Shown here in pieces: positions 25,620 through 38,849 of a stretch of 64,000 bases of DNA. The position numbers and the translations under genes were made by a program. A model generated the notes under the pieces. That model saw only the letters and a program-made list of their open reading frames with translations. It was not told the origin of the DNA and searched no databases. This DNA comes from Eledone cirrhosa. Taxonomy: Eukaryota. Where the stretch lies: NCBI GenBank assembly GCA_964016885.1, contig OZ024743.1, positions 249,922,001-249,986,000 on the forward strand, read 5' to 3'. The first letter of the stretch is position 1; each line of letters starts with the position of its first letter.

Positions 25620-28190
25620 TTCAATGGTCATGTTGGACAGCTCCAGGATGGATACATTGGAGTACATGGTGGGCACAGTTATGGTTCAAGAAATGAAGGA
25701 GTGAGGCTTCTTGAATTTTGTGATGCGAGTGCACTAACCATTTGCAACACTAACTTCAAGAAACCTACCAACCACCTAATAACCTACAAATCAGGCGAGC
25801 ACATAAGCTAGATTGACTTCTTACTAGTTAGGCAGTGAGACAGGCAGATGGTGTCAAATACTAAGGCATACCCCGGGGAAGAATGTACCCCACAGCATAG
25901 GTTAGTCGTTAGTGAAATCTCAGTAAGCAAGAGACAGAATGAGACATACAGGAAGGTGTGGAAAAGAAAGGTCTGGAAGCTAAAAGACTTTTCACTAAAA
26001 TATAAATTTAGGAAAGCCCTTCAAGACGTGTATGACGAAAGAGAAGACGAATTAGAATCGTATGACATAGATAATAACTGGAATTTCTTATGTGACAACT
26101 TACTGCAGGCTACTGAAGAAACTTGTGGCTGGAGCAGAGCTCCGACCAGACAGAGAGTGAACAACATGGTAGATAGGGCCATTAGAGACAAAAGACTAGC
26201 ATGGAACGCTTGGAAAGATGGTGGGAGTAGAGATGCACAGCCGCTAAGAGAGAAGCTAGACGTCAGGTGTACTTAGCATGCAGGGAGGCTGAGAGTAGGA
26301 GGTTTGCCAATGTTCTCTGACGGGAAGATCAGAGACATGCGGTGTTCTGCATTGCAAGGCAGTGTGTCAGTGTAAATCAGGATGTTGTTGGAGATAAGTC
26401 TGTCCGGAATGATGCTGGTGTACTCAGTGTCACGAATGATCAGAAAAAGGTGGCCTAGAAATGTCATTATGAGAGACTGATGAATGTGGAGAACGAATGG
26501 GAGAGAGAGAAATTACCCCCAGTAGATCCGACAGATGGACCAGCTATTGAGATTGACGAATATAGGGGCCAAGAGGCAATTAAGGAAATGAAAAGTGGTA
26601 AGGCTGCTGGAACATCGGGGATAGTTGCTGAGATGCTGAAGGCATCAGGGGATGTAGGCACTAAACTGGTTGCACGCATCATCAATCAAGCTATATATGG
26701 CGGTGTCATACCCAAAGACTGGTGCAGCAGTATTCTCATAAATTGCTACAAAGGTAAAGGGGATGCTCTGGAGAGGAGCAATTATAGGGGCATAAAGCTG
26801 ATGGATCAGGTTATGAAAGTGGTAGAGAGAATATTAGTGCAACTAATTAGAGAAAGGGTCAAATTAGATGAGATGCAGTTTGGTTTTGTGCCTGGGAAAA
26901 GTACAGCAGATGCCCTCTTCTTAGTGAGACAACTACAAGAGAGGTTCTTAGAGAAGAATAAGCCACTATACTTAGCTTTTGTTGACCTAAAGAAGGCCTT
27001 TGATAGGGTACTCTGATCTGTCATCTGGTGGTTCCTAAGGAAACTAGGTGTAGAGGAATGGCTAGTGAGGACAGTGCAAGCTATGTACAGAGGTGCTGTC
27101 AGTAAAATGAGAGTAGGAATGGAGTTTAGTGAGGAATTCCAGATACAAGTAGGAGTAAATCAGGGTTTGGTCCTCAGCTACTCTTGTTCATTATAGTCCT
27201 CCAAGCCATAACAGAGGAGTTTAAGACTGGTTGTCCATGGTAACTTCTCTATGCTGACAATCTGGTTCTTGTAGCAGGATCAGTAGAGGAGTTAGAGAAT
27301 AAATTCTGGCTATGGAAGCAGCAGTTGGAATCAAGAGGACTGAGAGTGAACCTAGCTAAGACAAAAGTGTTGATGAGTAGAAAAGAGGACAAAACTCTGA
27401 TTCCATCAGGGAAATGGCCATGTTTGATATGCAGAAAAGGAACTGGCATAAGTTCTATAAAATGTACACAATGTAGATCTTGGGTACACAAGAGATGTAG
27501 TGGGATAGCAGGCAAACTAACAGATAGGGAAAACTACGTATGCAGTAGATGTATAGGGAAATTTGACAGTAGTAATCACAGTGATAGACACATTTTTCCA
27601 ATAGAAGTGGTTGATAGCTTCCAGTACCTAGGTGATCAGATTAGCATGGGAGGGGAGTGTTCCGAGGCCATAGTATCTAGAATAAGGACGGGTTGGAAGA
27701 AGTTCATGGAGCTGCTTCCTCTGTTGATAAAGAAGGGTTTCTCTCTGCGTACGAAAGGCTGGTTATATGATGCCTGTGTGAGATGCGTCATGCTGCATGG
27801 TAGTGAGACATGAGCAGCCACTACAGAAAATATGTGATGGCTGGAGAGAAATGAAGCAAGCATGCTCCATTGGATGTGCAATGCCAATGTGCGTGAATGA
27901 CCAAGCATAGATGAGTTGAGAGAGAAACTGTGATGCCATGTGATGCGCATGGAGCATGGCCGCTGGATAAAGAAGTGCCAAGAAATCCCAGTAGAAGGAA
28001 GACGCAGTAGAGAAAGACCACGAAAAACATGGGTGGAGGTGGTGAGAGCTGACCTCAGATCGCTGAAGCTCACGGAGGAGATGACGAAGGACCGTGACAA
28101 GTGGAGAGATGCTGTGCTGAATAGGACCCGCCCCACCCTTGCAAGCAGGGAAAAGTGAACGTAAAATGATGATGATGATGATGATGATAT
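25620..28190 (+). mobile_element. 5'-truncated, decayed RTE-clade LINE: APE endonuclease C-half, RT, PHD-like Cys/His insert, C-terminal domain, (GAT)n tail
   Basis: FNGHVG, LLEFC..CNTNF..HLITYKSG..IDFLL, PQHRLV, GKAAG, NYRGIKL, QFGFVPGKST, FVDLKKAFDRV, YADNLVL, F.YLGD, LHGSET, GRRSR.RPRKTW; several stops and frameshifts. Confidence 0.95.
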
Positions 28191-28211
28191 ATGTATATAC
28201 ATAAATAAACA

Positions 28212-29157
28212 TCTATCTTATTTTTATTCTAGCTATTATGCTCTTGGAGCCCCCCCCCCCCTCTGTTGCTGATTAGGTCACCTAGATAGCAGAAGCAATT
28301 AACCACTTCTATAGATCCTTCATTTGATTGGAAAAGATTATATCACTGAAACTCTTCTCATTGATTACCCCTGTCTTCCTTTCCTGTTAGTCTGCCTGTT
28401 ATACCCCTACCTCTCTTGTGTGCCCAAGATTTACATTGTATACAGCATACAGAGTTTATGCCAACTACTTAACTATATAGTGAACAGGGCCACTTCCCTG
28501 AAGGGATCAGGATCCTATCTTCTTTCCTACTAAATAGCACTTTAGTTTTAGCTAAGTTTACTCACAGCCCTTTTGATTCCAAATTCGGTTTCAATATTTG
28601 GAACCTATTCTCCAGTTCTTATGCTCTATAAGGACCAGATCATCTACATAAAGATGTTCCCATGGACAGCCAGTCTTAAACTCCTCTGTTATGGCCTGAA
28701 ATAATGAACAGTAGGGGGCTGATAACCTGTACCTTGAATTCCTCTCTAAACTCATTTCCTACTCTTACTTACTGGCAGCTCCTCTGTAAATGGCTTGCAC
28801 TGTTCTCATGAGCCATTCTTCTTCCCCTAATTTTCTTAAGAACCACGTCAAATAAAAGAAGTTTAGAGGTCTATTACCACTGCTAACAATAAAATGCTTT
28901 TCTCTCAGAGTGAAGGGTAGATTGTATGATGCCTGTGTGTGGACTGTAGTGTTATATGGCAGTGAAACATAGGCCTTGACTGCAGAAGACCTGTGGAGGC
29001 TAAAGAGAAATGAGCTGAGTATGCTACAATGGATGTGCAATGTTAGTATACATGATCGACATAGCATAAGAAAACTGATGGAAAAATTTGGCATTACGAG
29101 GAATTGGTGGTAATGTACAAGAGAGAAGACTGCATTGGTATGGTCATGTGAGATGAA
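28212..29157. mobile_element. Older RTE copy with an inverted 5' segment (28212-28850 on minus, 28852-29157 on plus)
   Basis: The minus part corresponds to ~27030-27695 and the plus part resumes at the equivalent of ~27697. Confidence 0.85.
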
Positions 29158-30341
29158 TGGAGGAGGAGAGAGAGAAAAAAGAGGAGCAAGAGAGAGAAGG
29201 AAAAAGAGAGGAGCAAGAGAGAGAAGGAAAGAGAGAGAGGGAGAGAAGGAAGGAGAGAGAGAAAGAAAGAGAGAGAGGGAGGGAGAGAAGGAAAGAGGGG
29301 GCTGGGGGTCGTACCAGGTATTTTCCCCAAGTACAATGACAAATAATTTAGGTCCACAGTTTACTTCAAGTTACAAACTAATTGTTTAGAATTGTTAACT
29401 GATCACTATTTACTAATTAGTTCCTTAGTGACTACAGCTGACTATGTTGAGTAATGATGGAAATAACAAACTAACATCAATCAATTTAGTTTCTGTAATG
29501 GTGGTGGTTGGTGTTGTTGTTGGTGGTGGCAGTTGGTAACATCATAACAGTGATGATGGTGGTGAGGATGGGTGAATGTAATATAATCAGTGGTGGTGGG
29601 GATAGATGGGTAATGGAAAATGGTAGTAATGGAGGTAGATATGAGGGGGTGAGTAATATAAAAATAGTGGTGGTGGGAGAGGGGGAGGTGGATAGTTGGT
29701 TAACATAAAATGGTGAGCAGGGTATAAGTTGGGTAATGTAAAAACAAAAACAAACAAACAAAAATGGTGAAAATTAAAATACAGAAAGCAGTGGTTGTCA
29801 AAGATGAAATACAAGAGTTTATGTTTTGGAAATTATTTAAAATTGTATGTATATATATATATATATATATATACAGTATATATATATATTTATGTATATA
29901 AATCTTGTCCCCCTCTCTATATTGTGTTGTCTCATATGTATCTTTCCAGTAGCTTGTTCTAACTAGGGGGTGGCTGATGAGGAAGATAGATGCTCTTGTT
30001 AATTTGTACCACATTTTGTTTTTGTGTGCAAATTTGCTAAACATATATAAATATATATATATGTGAAAAAATATCTCAGATGTATTAGTAGTTTTATAGC
30101 AGTGTTGGTAGGGTATAAGATGAGATCTATTTGTTCTGATTTTTTTCAACTTTGCTTTTTATCTTTTCAAGTTTGATCAAATAAAATACCAGTCCAGCTG
30201 AGGGTGTTAGCAATATTATTAGAGTATCTGACAAAACGCCTTGCAGTATTTATTCTGGATCTTTGCATTCTGTATTCACATCCTGTTGTGATCTACTAGA
30301 CTAGTAGACTTAATTCACTAACTAGTATTAACAACAAATTA

Positions 30342-30660
30342 TCTGTTGAGAAAGAAACTGGGTATAAGAGGGATAAGTTGTGGTGTGCAGGAGAGGAGGC
30401 TGAGATGGTATGGACATCTGATGCGCATGGAGGATGACCGCTGGGTAAAGAAGTGCCAAGAAATCCCAGTAGAAGGAAGATGCAGAGAAAGTAGACCACG
30501 AAAAACATGGGCGGAGGTGGTGAGAGCAGACCTCAGATCGGTGAAACTCACTGAGGAGATGATGAAGGACCATGACAAGTGGAGAGATGCTGTGCTGAAT
30601 AGGACCCGTCCAACCCTTGCAAGCAGAGAAAAGCGGACGTATGATGATGATGATGATGTG
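30342..30660 (+). mobile_element. RTE LINE 3' fragment (young subfamily)
   Basis: RKKLGIRGISCGVQERRLRWYGHLMRMEDDRWVKKC; (gat)n tail. Confidence 0.9.
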
Positions 30661-31661
30661 TACCACTAGTGGGTTGAGTCCAATATGTTACATGTATTTG
30701 AAGTAAGTTTTTAACTTGATGTTATCTTTGTTACTATATTTCCAAAGAAAAACATTGCCTATAATTTTGAAAATGACCAAGAATTTGGAGGGATTTAATA
30801 GAATAATGTACTTCCTCACAATTGAGCACATAGCATTTTGATGGAAGATTTTTTAGATAAATATAAACATTTTAAACTAAACAGCTTAGTATCATGGAAC
30901 AAAGGGACAGTTTCATGCAAATTTGTATGAAAAGGGTTAAATAACAAAAATAGCTTTACTTCCTATTGACTTTTGGAATGTTAATATTGTGAAAGATATG
31001 TAGGGAGATATAGGGAGAAAAGATAGGGAGAAAAGCACAGAAAATATTCATTCCAAAAATCTCAGTAATTCTTCTACATTTCTATTATAATCCCAATACC
31101 TTTTATTGATATATAGACAGAAAATAATCAATATTATTTGTGATTAACCTGTTGTAAAAGAAACAATTGTATAATGCAAATATTTTTGTCTTTTTTTGTT
31201 ACATCATTTCGACATAAATTGTATTCCTCTTTTGTCATTGGGATTTCAAAAAAAAAAATTAATAAATTAAATAACAAAAAATCTTTGGTCTTCTTATATA
31301 AAAAGTTAGTACTGCTGCGATAGTTATGGTTTTACAGTCACTCTCTATCATTTTTCTCTCTCACTACCATCTCTCTATCTTTCCACCATCTCACTCCCTC
31401 TCTATATATTATCTCTCTTTCTCATTTTCCATTCTCAAATAATTGATAAGACTTTTCAAATTTATATTTGGTTTCAATTTTGAAGTTTTTCAGCTGTATT
31501 AAAACTTTTAGAAAAGTAAGGTAAATATGAAAATCAAGTAATATTTATCTCTCTTTCTATCCCGCTCTCTCTACACACACATACACACATATATACACAC
31601 ACACATATATAGATACAAACATACACACATACCCTCTCCCATATACATATATATATATACG

Positions 31662-31692
<31 letters not shown>

Positions 31693-32836
31693 ATATATAT
31701 ACACACACACACATATATATATACATACACACATATATGTATGCAGAGAGAAAGAGAGAGGGATGCTCTAAAAATATCATCAGAAGTGGTAATAAATAAT
31801 TATTTTATTGAACACAACCGAAATCAAAGACATTCTATGTTTCTAGTTTTACCAATGTGATATTTTTAGTGCAATTTATTGAACTCCCCACCGCTTCGAC
31901 TTCTTGTTAGTCACTTCAAAATTTTGAAAGAAATCCAAATATTTTAAACAACAACAACAACCTGTAATCAAAGCACATATATGACAGTTTGTCTTGTCTT
32001 GTTTCTCTAAGAATAAATAATTTAATTTCTAAATAAAACCATATTAGGAGATTAAACATGTTTTGAATTGTATGAAGAGGAAAAAGATTTTTAAAAATGC
32101 ATTTTGAAAATATACCAAAATTTGTTTGGAAACTAAATTTTAGAATATGTCTTATATAGGATTGTATCCATCAGAATTTACAAATGGGAGGGAAAAACAC
32201 TGGATATATCTAAGAGTTTATTTTTTATCCTTATATCAAGAAAATCTATTTCCTTTAAGAGACTAATTCTAGTTGGAAGTGTATTATCTTGTAAAGATAA
32301 AATATAATTCAAGTATCAATAAATAGGTGTACAGGCATGGCTGTGTGGTTAAGGAGTTAGCTATGCTTTGCTTTGTAACCCCATGGTTTCAAGTTTGGGT
32401 TTACTCACATTGCATGTTGTCACCTTGGTTGAAACAAAATAAAAAGTTTTGGGCCAATATGATCAACAAATCAAAGTGATGTCCCAGCATGGAAGCAGTC
32501 TAATGACTGAAACCAGTAATAAGAATAAAAACAAGTACTAGAGGACAAAAGAAAGTGAAAATAGATTTAAATAACAAACCTGGCATCTTAAACAAGTTTC
32601 TTGAAGGTTGAATGATGTCCTAAAATCATTTTGGTGAGTTCAGTGGATTAGCCTGAATGGCTGAAGGCACCTATACTACATTTAGTGGTGTGCATACATG
32701 CAGCAGATGGACTAGGGGTGGTAAGTCCATAAGTACTCAAGGAATCAGGATTTCTGAGGAATAAATAAAATGAAGAAGAAAGACATTAATAACAGAAGCA
32801 ACTAATTAATATATGCTTATAATATATATATGTATA

Positions 32837-32870
<34 letters not shown>

Positions 32871-33339
32871 GTTCAAGGAGACAACAAACAGAAGTACAAA
32901 AGTGTCTTATTAGTTTCATGCTGTATATGGAAAAGGGGAAAGAAATTTTGACAAAATAGAGATAGGATCACAAAGGAGAAACAGAAATAAAGGAGGTCCA
33001 AGTAAAGAAAAAAAAAATTTAAATATATATATCGTTCCTTATCATACACGTGTTTGTACATTCACCCCCAGATTCCTATGGCTCTCTTATGGTCAGAAAC
33101 ATATACTCTTACAGCTAATACAGACCAACAAAAAACGCACACTCCACTTTTCCCTTCACAGCTCTGTATAGACACACCCTTATATTAACATACTTTTGCT
33201 GATAGCTTGGTACTTACAAGCATACACACTCTTTTACTTACATATACACACACATATCCTCTAAGCTTCGTACGTATGTATAATAACACACACACACACG
33301 CGCAAGCTTACACACCCTCCAATCTATCTTATTTCTCAT

Positions 33340-33425
33340 TCTTTCTTCTGATGAAGGACTAGTGTCCGAAATGTTAAGACCCTCTTACTGCTATTTCAAG
33401 CATTAACCTAATATATTCCTTCCAT
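33340..33425 (+). ncRNA. Minimal type-I hammerhead-like motif, family D (best-preserved copy)
   Basis: tctt CTGATGA aGGAC tagt GTCC GAAA tgtt aaga; stem II GGAC/GTCC; stem I tctt/aaga. Confidence 0.6.
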
Positions 33426-33463
33426 ATACTGTACCGATTGTGATGTTATTACTGTTTACCTGT

Positions 33464-33505
<42 letters not shown>

Positions 33506-33540
33506 AGGGTATTGAAGTTTGCTTGAAGCATTGTGGAATA

Positions 33541-34518
33541 AAAAAAAATTTGGTCGTTTTGGAAGCCTCAACAATGCAGATGGGTAAATCTCCAGTAACA
33601 GAATCAGGTGGTGAAGAGAGAGATGTAAGAGGAAATGTAGAATGAAACGTATAGTGTGTAGGAAAGAGTGTTAAAATAAAAATAATAACATGAGATAGAG
33701 TTACCTTGGGAGAAGTAGCACAATCCCGTAGCACAATCTGGCCACTACATATCCGGATCAAGGAGCACATGAACACCAGGACCTCGTCTTTCCGGAAACA
33801 CATAACCAAATGCAGAAACAAAGACAGAAGGCCCATTGTCACAGTGCTAGTGACAGAACGCAACGTCGGCACGTTACAAATCAAAGAAGCACTTTGGATC
33901 AAACGCCTAGGACCACAAATAAATAACCGATCCGAGAGAAGTGAGACGAGGTGGCTGGTGTAAACAAATAAGACAACAGCACACGCACACACACACACAG
34001 TGGCATCCGAACGATTGTTATTGTGTGTATAGCGCTCCCACCATCCACCGACCAACAAGCGACAACCAGGCAGACTACTACACTGCCAGTAACAAATATA
34101 GGTAGTATAATGGATTGACAGCGAAGCACCATCCCACTCCCACAGTAAAGATGAACTGCCTTGACCTTTGCTTGACCGCACCTATTCCACGTGCTCGCGC
34201 GCTCTACAGAATATCTCAGTTGTACACAAATGGCGGACAACAGCGGCCACGTACCATTCCTCTCCGACAGATAACTTTCTCCCTCAGAAAACCCCCCAGT
34301 TGATGCATGCGAAATTCGAAATATAGGGACAATTGAATCTCTCCCAAGGTAACTCTATCTCGTGATATTATTTTTATTTTTATGCTCTTTCCTACGTTCC
34401 TCTACACACTATACATCTCATTCTACATTTCCTTTTACATCTCTCTCTTCACCACCAGATTCTGTTACCTGGAGATTTACCCATCTGCATTATTAAGGCT
34501 TCCAAAACGACCAAATTT
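33541..34518 (+). mobile_element. Penelope-like element fragment with an inverted pseudo-LTR (33541-33713 versus 34340-34518), embedded in TA repeats
   Basis: ~175-bp diverged inverted repeat around a GIY-YIG C-terminal ORF piece and its 3' UTR. Confidence 0.8.
33714..33963 (+). pseudogene. C-terminal part of a Penelope-type GIY-YIG endonuclease
   Basis: LHIRIKEH..S.F.KH..C..KEALWIKRL.P.INNR; the 5' end is created by the inversion junction. Confidence 0.75.
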
Positions 34519-34779
34519 TATATATATATATATATATAGATATATTTTAACTTTAATTATATCTCATAAAATAATACAACTGGCTTTCCACAAAATACAT
34601 ATAGTTAGCACCCAAACACTTAAATTGGGTTTATACTAACATATAACCTAATGTTTGTTGAGTGAGATGGTTACCAGTCGGAGTTTAGCTTTAAGCTATC
34701 TCTGTTATTGTATTAAATATATATATATATATATATACTAAATATGTAGTAAACATAGTAAGTATTCAGTATTCAATTA

Positions 34780-34873
34780 GCTGATGAGCTATTGGTTCCA
34801 TAGTTGGGCCTGATCAATACAGATTGAATCTTGAGCTGATCAATTGTGAAACATGTGTCACACCTGAATAAAC
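34780..34873 (+). ncRNA. Degenerate hammerhead candidate
   Basis: CTGATGAG or CTGATCA ... gatcaattgtGAAACatgtGTC (a CpG-decayed GAAACGCGCGTC?) followed by AATAAA. Confidence 0.35.
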
Positions 34874-35380
34874 TTAATGATGATACTTTGGCACCTAGTG
34901 GTTGAGAATTCCACAAAAACATGTACCATTAAAATAATTCTTGGTGAGATTCAGCATGACATAGGTTGTGGCAAGGCTGTCCCCTAGATTTTAGATACAA
35001 TTCATTTTTCTCCAACTGAGTGGACTGGAGTAAAGTGAAATAAAGTGTCTTACTGAAGGACACAATGTGCCACAAGGAATCAAACTCACAACTTTATTAT
35101 CGTGAGCAGATACATGGCTTTATAGTTTATATCCTACATATAAAGTATATATAGTTATATAGTATATAGTAAATATAGCCATTATATTATATATAGTAAA
35201 TGTGATAGGCATTAGGAAGGGTTTCCAGCTGTAGAAACCAAGCCAGAAACAGTTCTGTGTGAGCAAGACACAGTCATCTGATCTGACTTGTCTAGCAGGG
35301 AAAATGGATGTTAAGCGATGATAATGATGTGTAAATCTAGTATTTATGGCATATAAAATATATATACTAAATATAAAACA

Positions 35381-35570
35381 ATATGTAGTATATATAGCAT
35401 ATATAGCAAACATATTGTAAATATGTAGTATATATAGCATATATAGCAAACATATTGTAAATATGTAGTATATATAGCATATATAGCAAACATATTGTAA
35501 ATATGTAGTATATATAGTATATATAGCAAACATATTGTAAATATGTAGTATATATAGCATATAGCAAATA
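35381..35570. repeat. 40-bp tandem repeat, ~4.7 copies
   Basis: atatgtagtatatatagcatatatagcaaacatattgtaa at 35381, 35421, 35461 and 35501, partial at 35541. Confidence 0.95.
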
Positions 35571-36031
35571 TATAGTATTTATAGTATGCTTATGATATAT
35601 AGTAAATATATATTAAATATAGTAACTATTTAGCATATGTAGTATATATACAGTACACTCTGTAATGTGGTGGCATTAGGAAAGATGTGAAGCTAAAGAA
35701 ACCATGACAAAAGTGGAAGATAAACGCAAGATGTGGATCTACATCTTGCTTACTCTCGAACCATGATAATCTATCCAAACCATGCAAGCAAGGAAAGAAA
35801 ATATATGATGGTGGTTATGATGCACATATTTTATAAAAGAAAGCAAACAGATTTAGAACTATTATAATGTTGCTATATATTTCAATAGCAATAGAAATAT
35901 ATGATTTCAGTGTGACTGCTTGTGTGTGTGTGTGTGTGTGTGTGTATACACACATACATATACCGAAATATATACACACACACACATATATATATATATG
36001 CAAGTACACATCCACACCTGCACATGTGTGT

Positions 36032-36063
<32 letters not shown>

Positions 36064-36365
36064 GTACAGGCATAGTCCTGACTGAATATGCAAGGAAATA
36101 ACTAAAACCATTTGATAAGATAGTTTTTGACAGAGAAATTCCTCTCTTGTTAGTTTAGAGAATAAGTAAAAATTAATTGGTGTAATTTTTAAAATAATTT
36201 CTATGGGCAATCCTCTAGCATAGAGATAATCACCAGCTGGGTAGAGGATTGCTGGGGAAGGAAGATGCATAATCTTATTGCACTCATTTTCTTCTCAATG
36301 CTCCTGAAAAATAATAATTGCTTCAACTTGTGTGAGAGCCCATTGTGTGTATGTGTGCGTGCACA

Positions 36366-36446
<81 letters not shown>

Positions 36447-36864
36447 ATATGTGTATTTATATTCCTTGTTTGTATGTTCTGTAACTTAGTGGTTTGGTGA
36501 ATAGATATTGATAGAATAAACATCAGATATAGTTGTCTAAATTCTTTCAAGACAGTTCTCCAGCATCGCCTCTGTCCAACAACTGGAACCAACAAAAGAA
36601 TAAAAGAATATATAATCTATTTTGGCATGTCTATTCTGCTTCTTGTTTCAGAAGGGTTACATAGATGTTGAACTAACAAAATAATTGTTTCTACTTTTGG
36701 CACAAGGCCAGCAATTACCCAGTGCATTACTGGTACTTTATTTTGAACTAAGAAAATAATGGTATTGCTGCTGATATGATGACTGACTATCCTTCACATA
36801 TACAAAAACCTTCAACTCTTACACCCCTACCACCACCACTGCCACCACTACCTCTCCTTCCTCT

Positions 36865-37165
36865 TCACCTACTTATTCCCAGGAGGGTCAAAGGGTGGAA
36901 TCCTTAAGCACATCTTCCAGCAGATTATGTTTAAAGCAACTGTCTCCAATTGATCTGGCTGGATTTCTTAGCAAACTAGTCAAGCTCATGGATGTTATCC
37001 AATCATCTTGCTGAGTTTCCTGCTGGCTGATTTTGCCTGTAAAATCTGTCCAGTGATTCCCTCCTTAGATATTCTAACCACATGACCATAGTAGTGACTC
37101 TATCTAGAAGGACATTCTGATCTTCGAGCTATGCACTGATTGAGTAAGATTACTCCAAAGGCCCT
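36865..37165 (-). mobile_element. Rex3/Expander-like RTE 3' fragment
   Basis: Homologous to 23340-23660 (caagctcatggatgttatccaa..gagctatgcact). Confidence 0.75.
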
Positions 37166-37169
37166 AAGT

Positions 37170-37835
37170 TACACCACCAGCATTGTCACAACCACTGATT
37201 ACCCCTGCCATCATCGCAACCCACAACCACTGCAAACATCATAACTATCACCTCCAATGCCCCCTCACCACTACCATCATCACCTCCACTCACCACTCCC
37301 ACCGCCACCATCATCACAACCTCTCACCACTACTGCCACCATCATAACAATCAGCTTCAATGCCACCACTACTGCCACTGCCACTATTAACCACAACCCA
37401 CTACCACTACCACCACCACCACAACAACAACAAGACACATATACCTATATGTGTAATCTCTCGTGTTAAATGAATTAAAGAAGATAAAACCACCAACAAC
37501 AGTAGCAACAACAACAGTAATGATAACAGTAACAACAACATGAACAATAACATCAACATGAAAACAGCAATGACAATAACAACACCAAATACTGCAGTGA
37601 CAAGAATAGTAACAACAACAGTAATGACAACAGTAACAACAACAACAGCATTAACAATAACAACAGAAATGACAATAACAATAATAACATCAATAACAAT
37701 GATGACAACTACAACATCAGTGACTACAACAACAATGTCAATAATTACAACATCAACAACAACAGCAACAACAATGACAACAACAGAAGCGACAACAACA
37801 GTAAAACTCAATGACAAAAGTAACAACAACAGTAC
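37170..37835. repeat. (CAC)n and (AAC/AAT)n low-complexity tracts
   Basis: Read directly. Confidence 0.9.
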
Positions 37836-38448
37836 CTACGAAAGGACCCCCCACCACACACACACTTATCCCTACCCCACCTGAAAAACAAAACAGAAAA
37901 AGAAAGGAAAAAAACAGCAGCAAAAATAAAATTAAAATGCACATAAGAACTAAAACATAGTATAGTGTAGCATAGCATAGCATAGTATAGTAATACCAGC
38001 AGTCTTTGGAATTAGGGTCTTCTAGAGAACATTTACTCTAAACCCCACACACCCTTATCCCAAAATAATCCAGCGAAAGTTTTTTTCATGTAACTGGATT
38101 TCTTTTAAAGAAAAAGAGCAACTGGTGGTACTTCACAAAAGATAGATTGTTTTTTTTTTTACCTGTTATTGGAGTTTATTGAACTGATCAAAGATTTCAA
38201 ACAATTAGCTTTATTGCAAATCTACAGAGGAAAAAATGCATTAGAATCTACAGCTGTATGGTGTGCTACCTTCACTCTTTCCTCCTTCCTCATATCTTTA
38301 TATTTATTTTGACTTTTTCTGTGTTATTCTGGATTTCTTTTCTACTATTACTACAACCACCACCTTAGCTTCAAGATGATTAATAATAGCTTGTGAGTGA
38401 AATTGAGGAGATCGAAACCATATGTTTATGTGTATATATATATATATA

Positions 38449-38610
38449 TAGGAAAATGTTTAACCCCGACGGCAGAGCTCAAGCTGTTTCGACGGCTATT
38501 TCTCGTCGGGGTTAAACATTTTCCTATTACCCACACTACTACCCTAAGTATTGAGTATTCTGGTGTGTTATGGTATATCTAGTTCCTTACCACACTTCCT
38601 TCGTTATATA
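38449..38610. mobile_element. Family E fold-back element in a TA tract
   Basis: taggaaaatgtttaaccccgacg ... cgtcggggttaaacattttccta plus tail. Confidence 0.85.
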
Positions 38611-38630
38611 TATAAGGTTTAATATAGACT

Positions 38631-38682
38631 GGCTTCTACAGGATTAGAACTGTTTCATTCAAAAGAAATCATCAGGAAAGCC
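38631..38682 (-). ncRNA. Complete type-I hammerhead-like motif inside a ~125-bp palindrome (38617-38741)
   Basis: GGCTTT-c-CTGATGA-tTTCttttGAAt-GAAAC AG ttctaatc CT GTA-GAAGCC; all three helices can form. Confidence 0.7.
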
Positions 38683-38849
38683 TTGATGATTTCTTTTGAA
38701 TGAAAAAGTTCTAGTCTTGTAGAAGCCAGTCTATATTAAACATTATGTTTACACTCTACTAATGTATTGAGTACCTCACTTACTGTTACCTCGATTGAAC
38801 CTGGGACACACATATATATATATACTGTATTTTTTACTGAATTGCTAGT

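Noticed and set aside
26480-27813. Active reverse transcriptase gene
   Set aside because: Multiple in-frame stops and frameshifts, YADD changed to YADN, and 5' truncation
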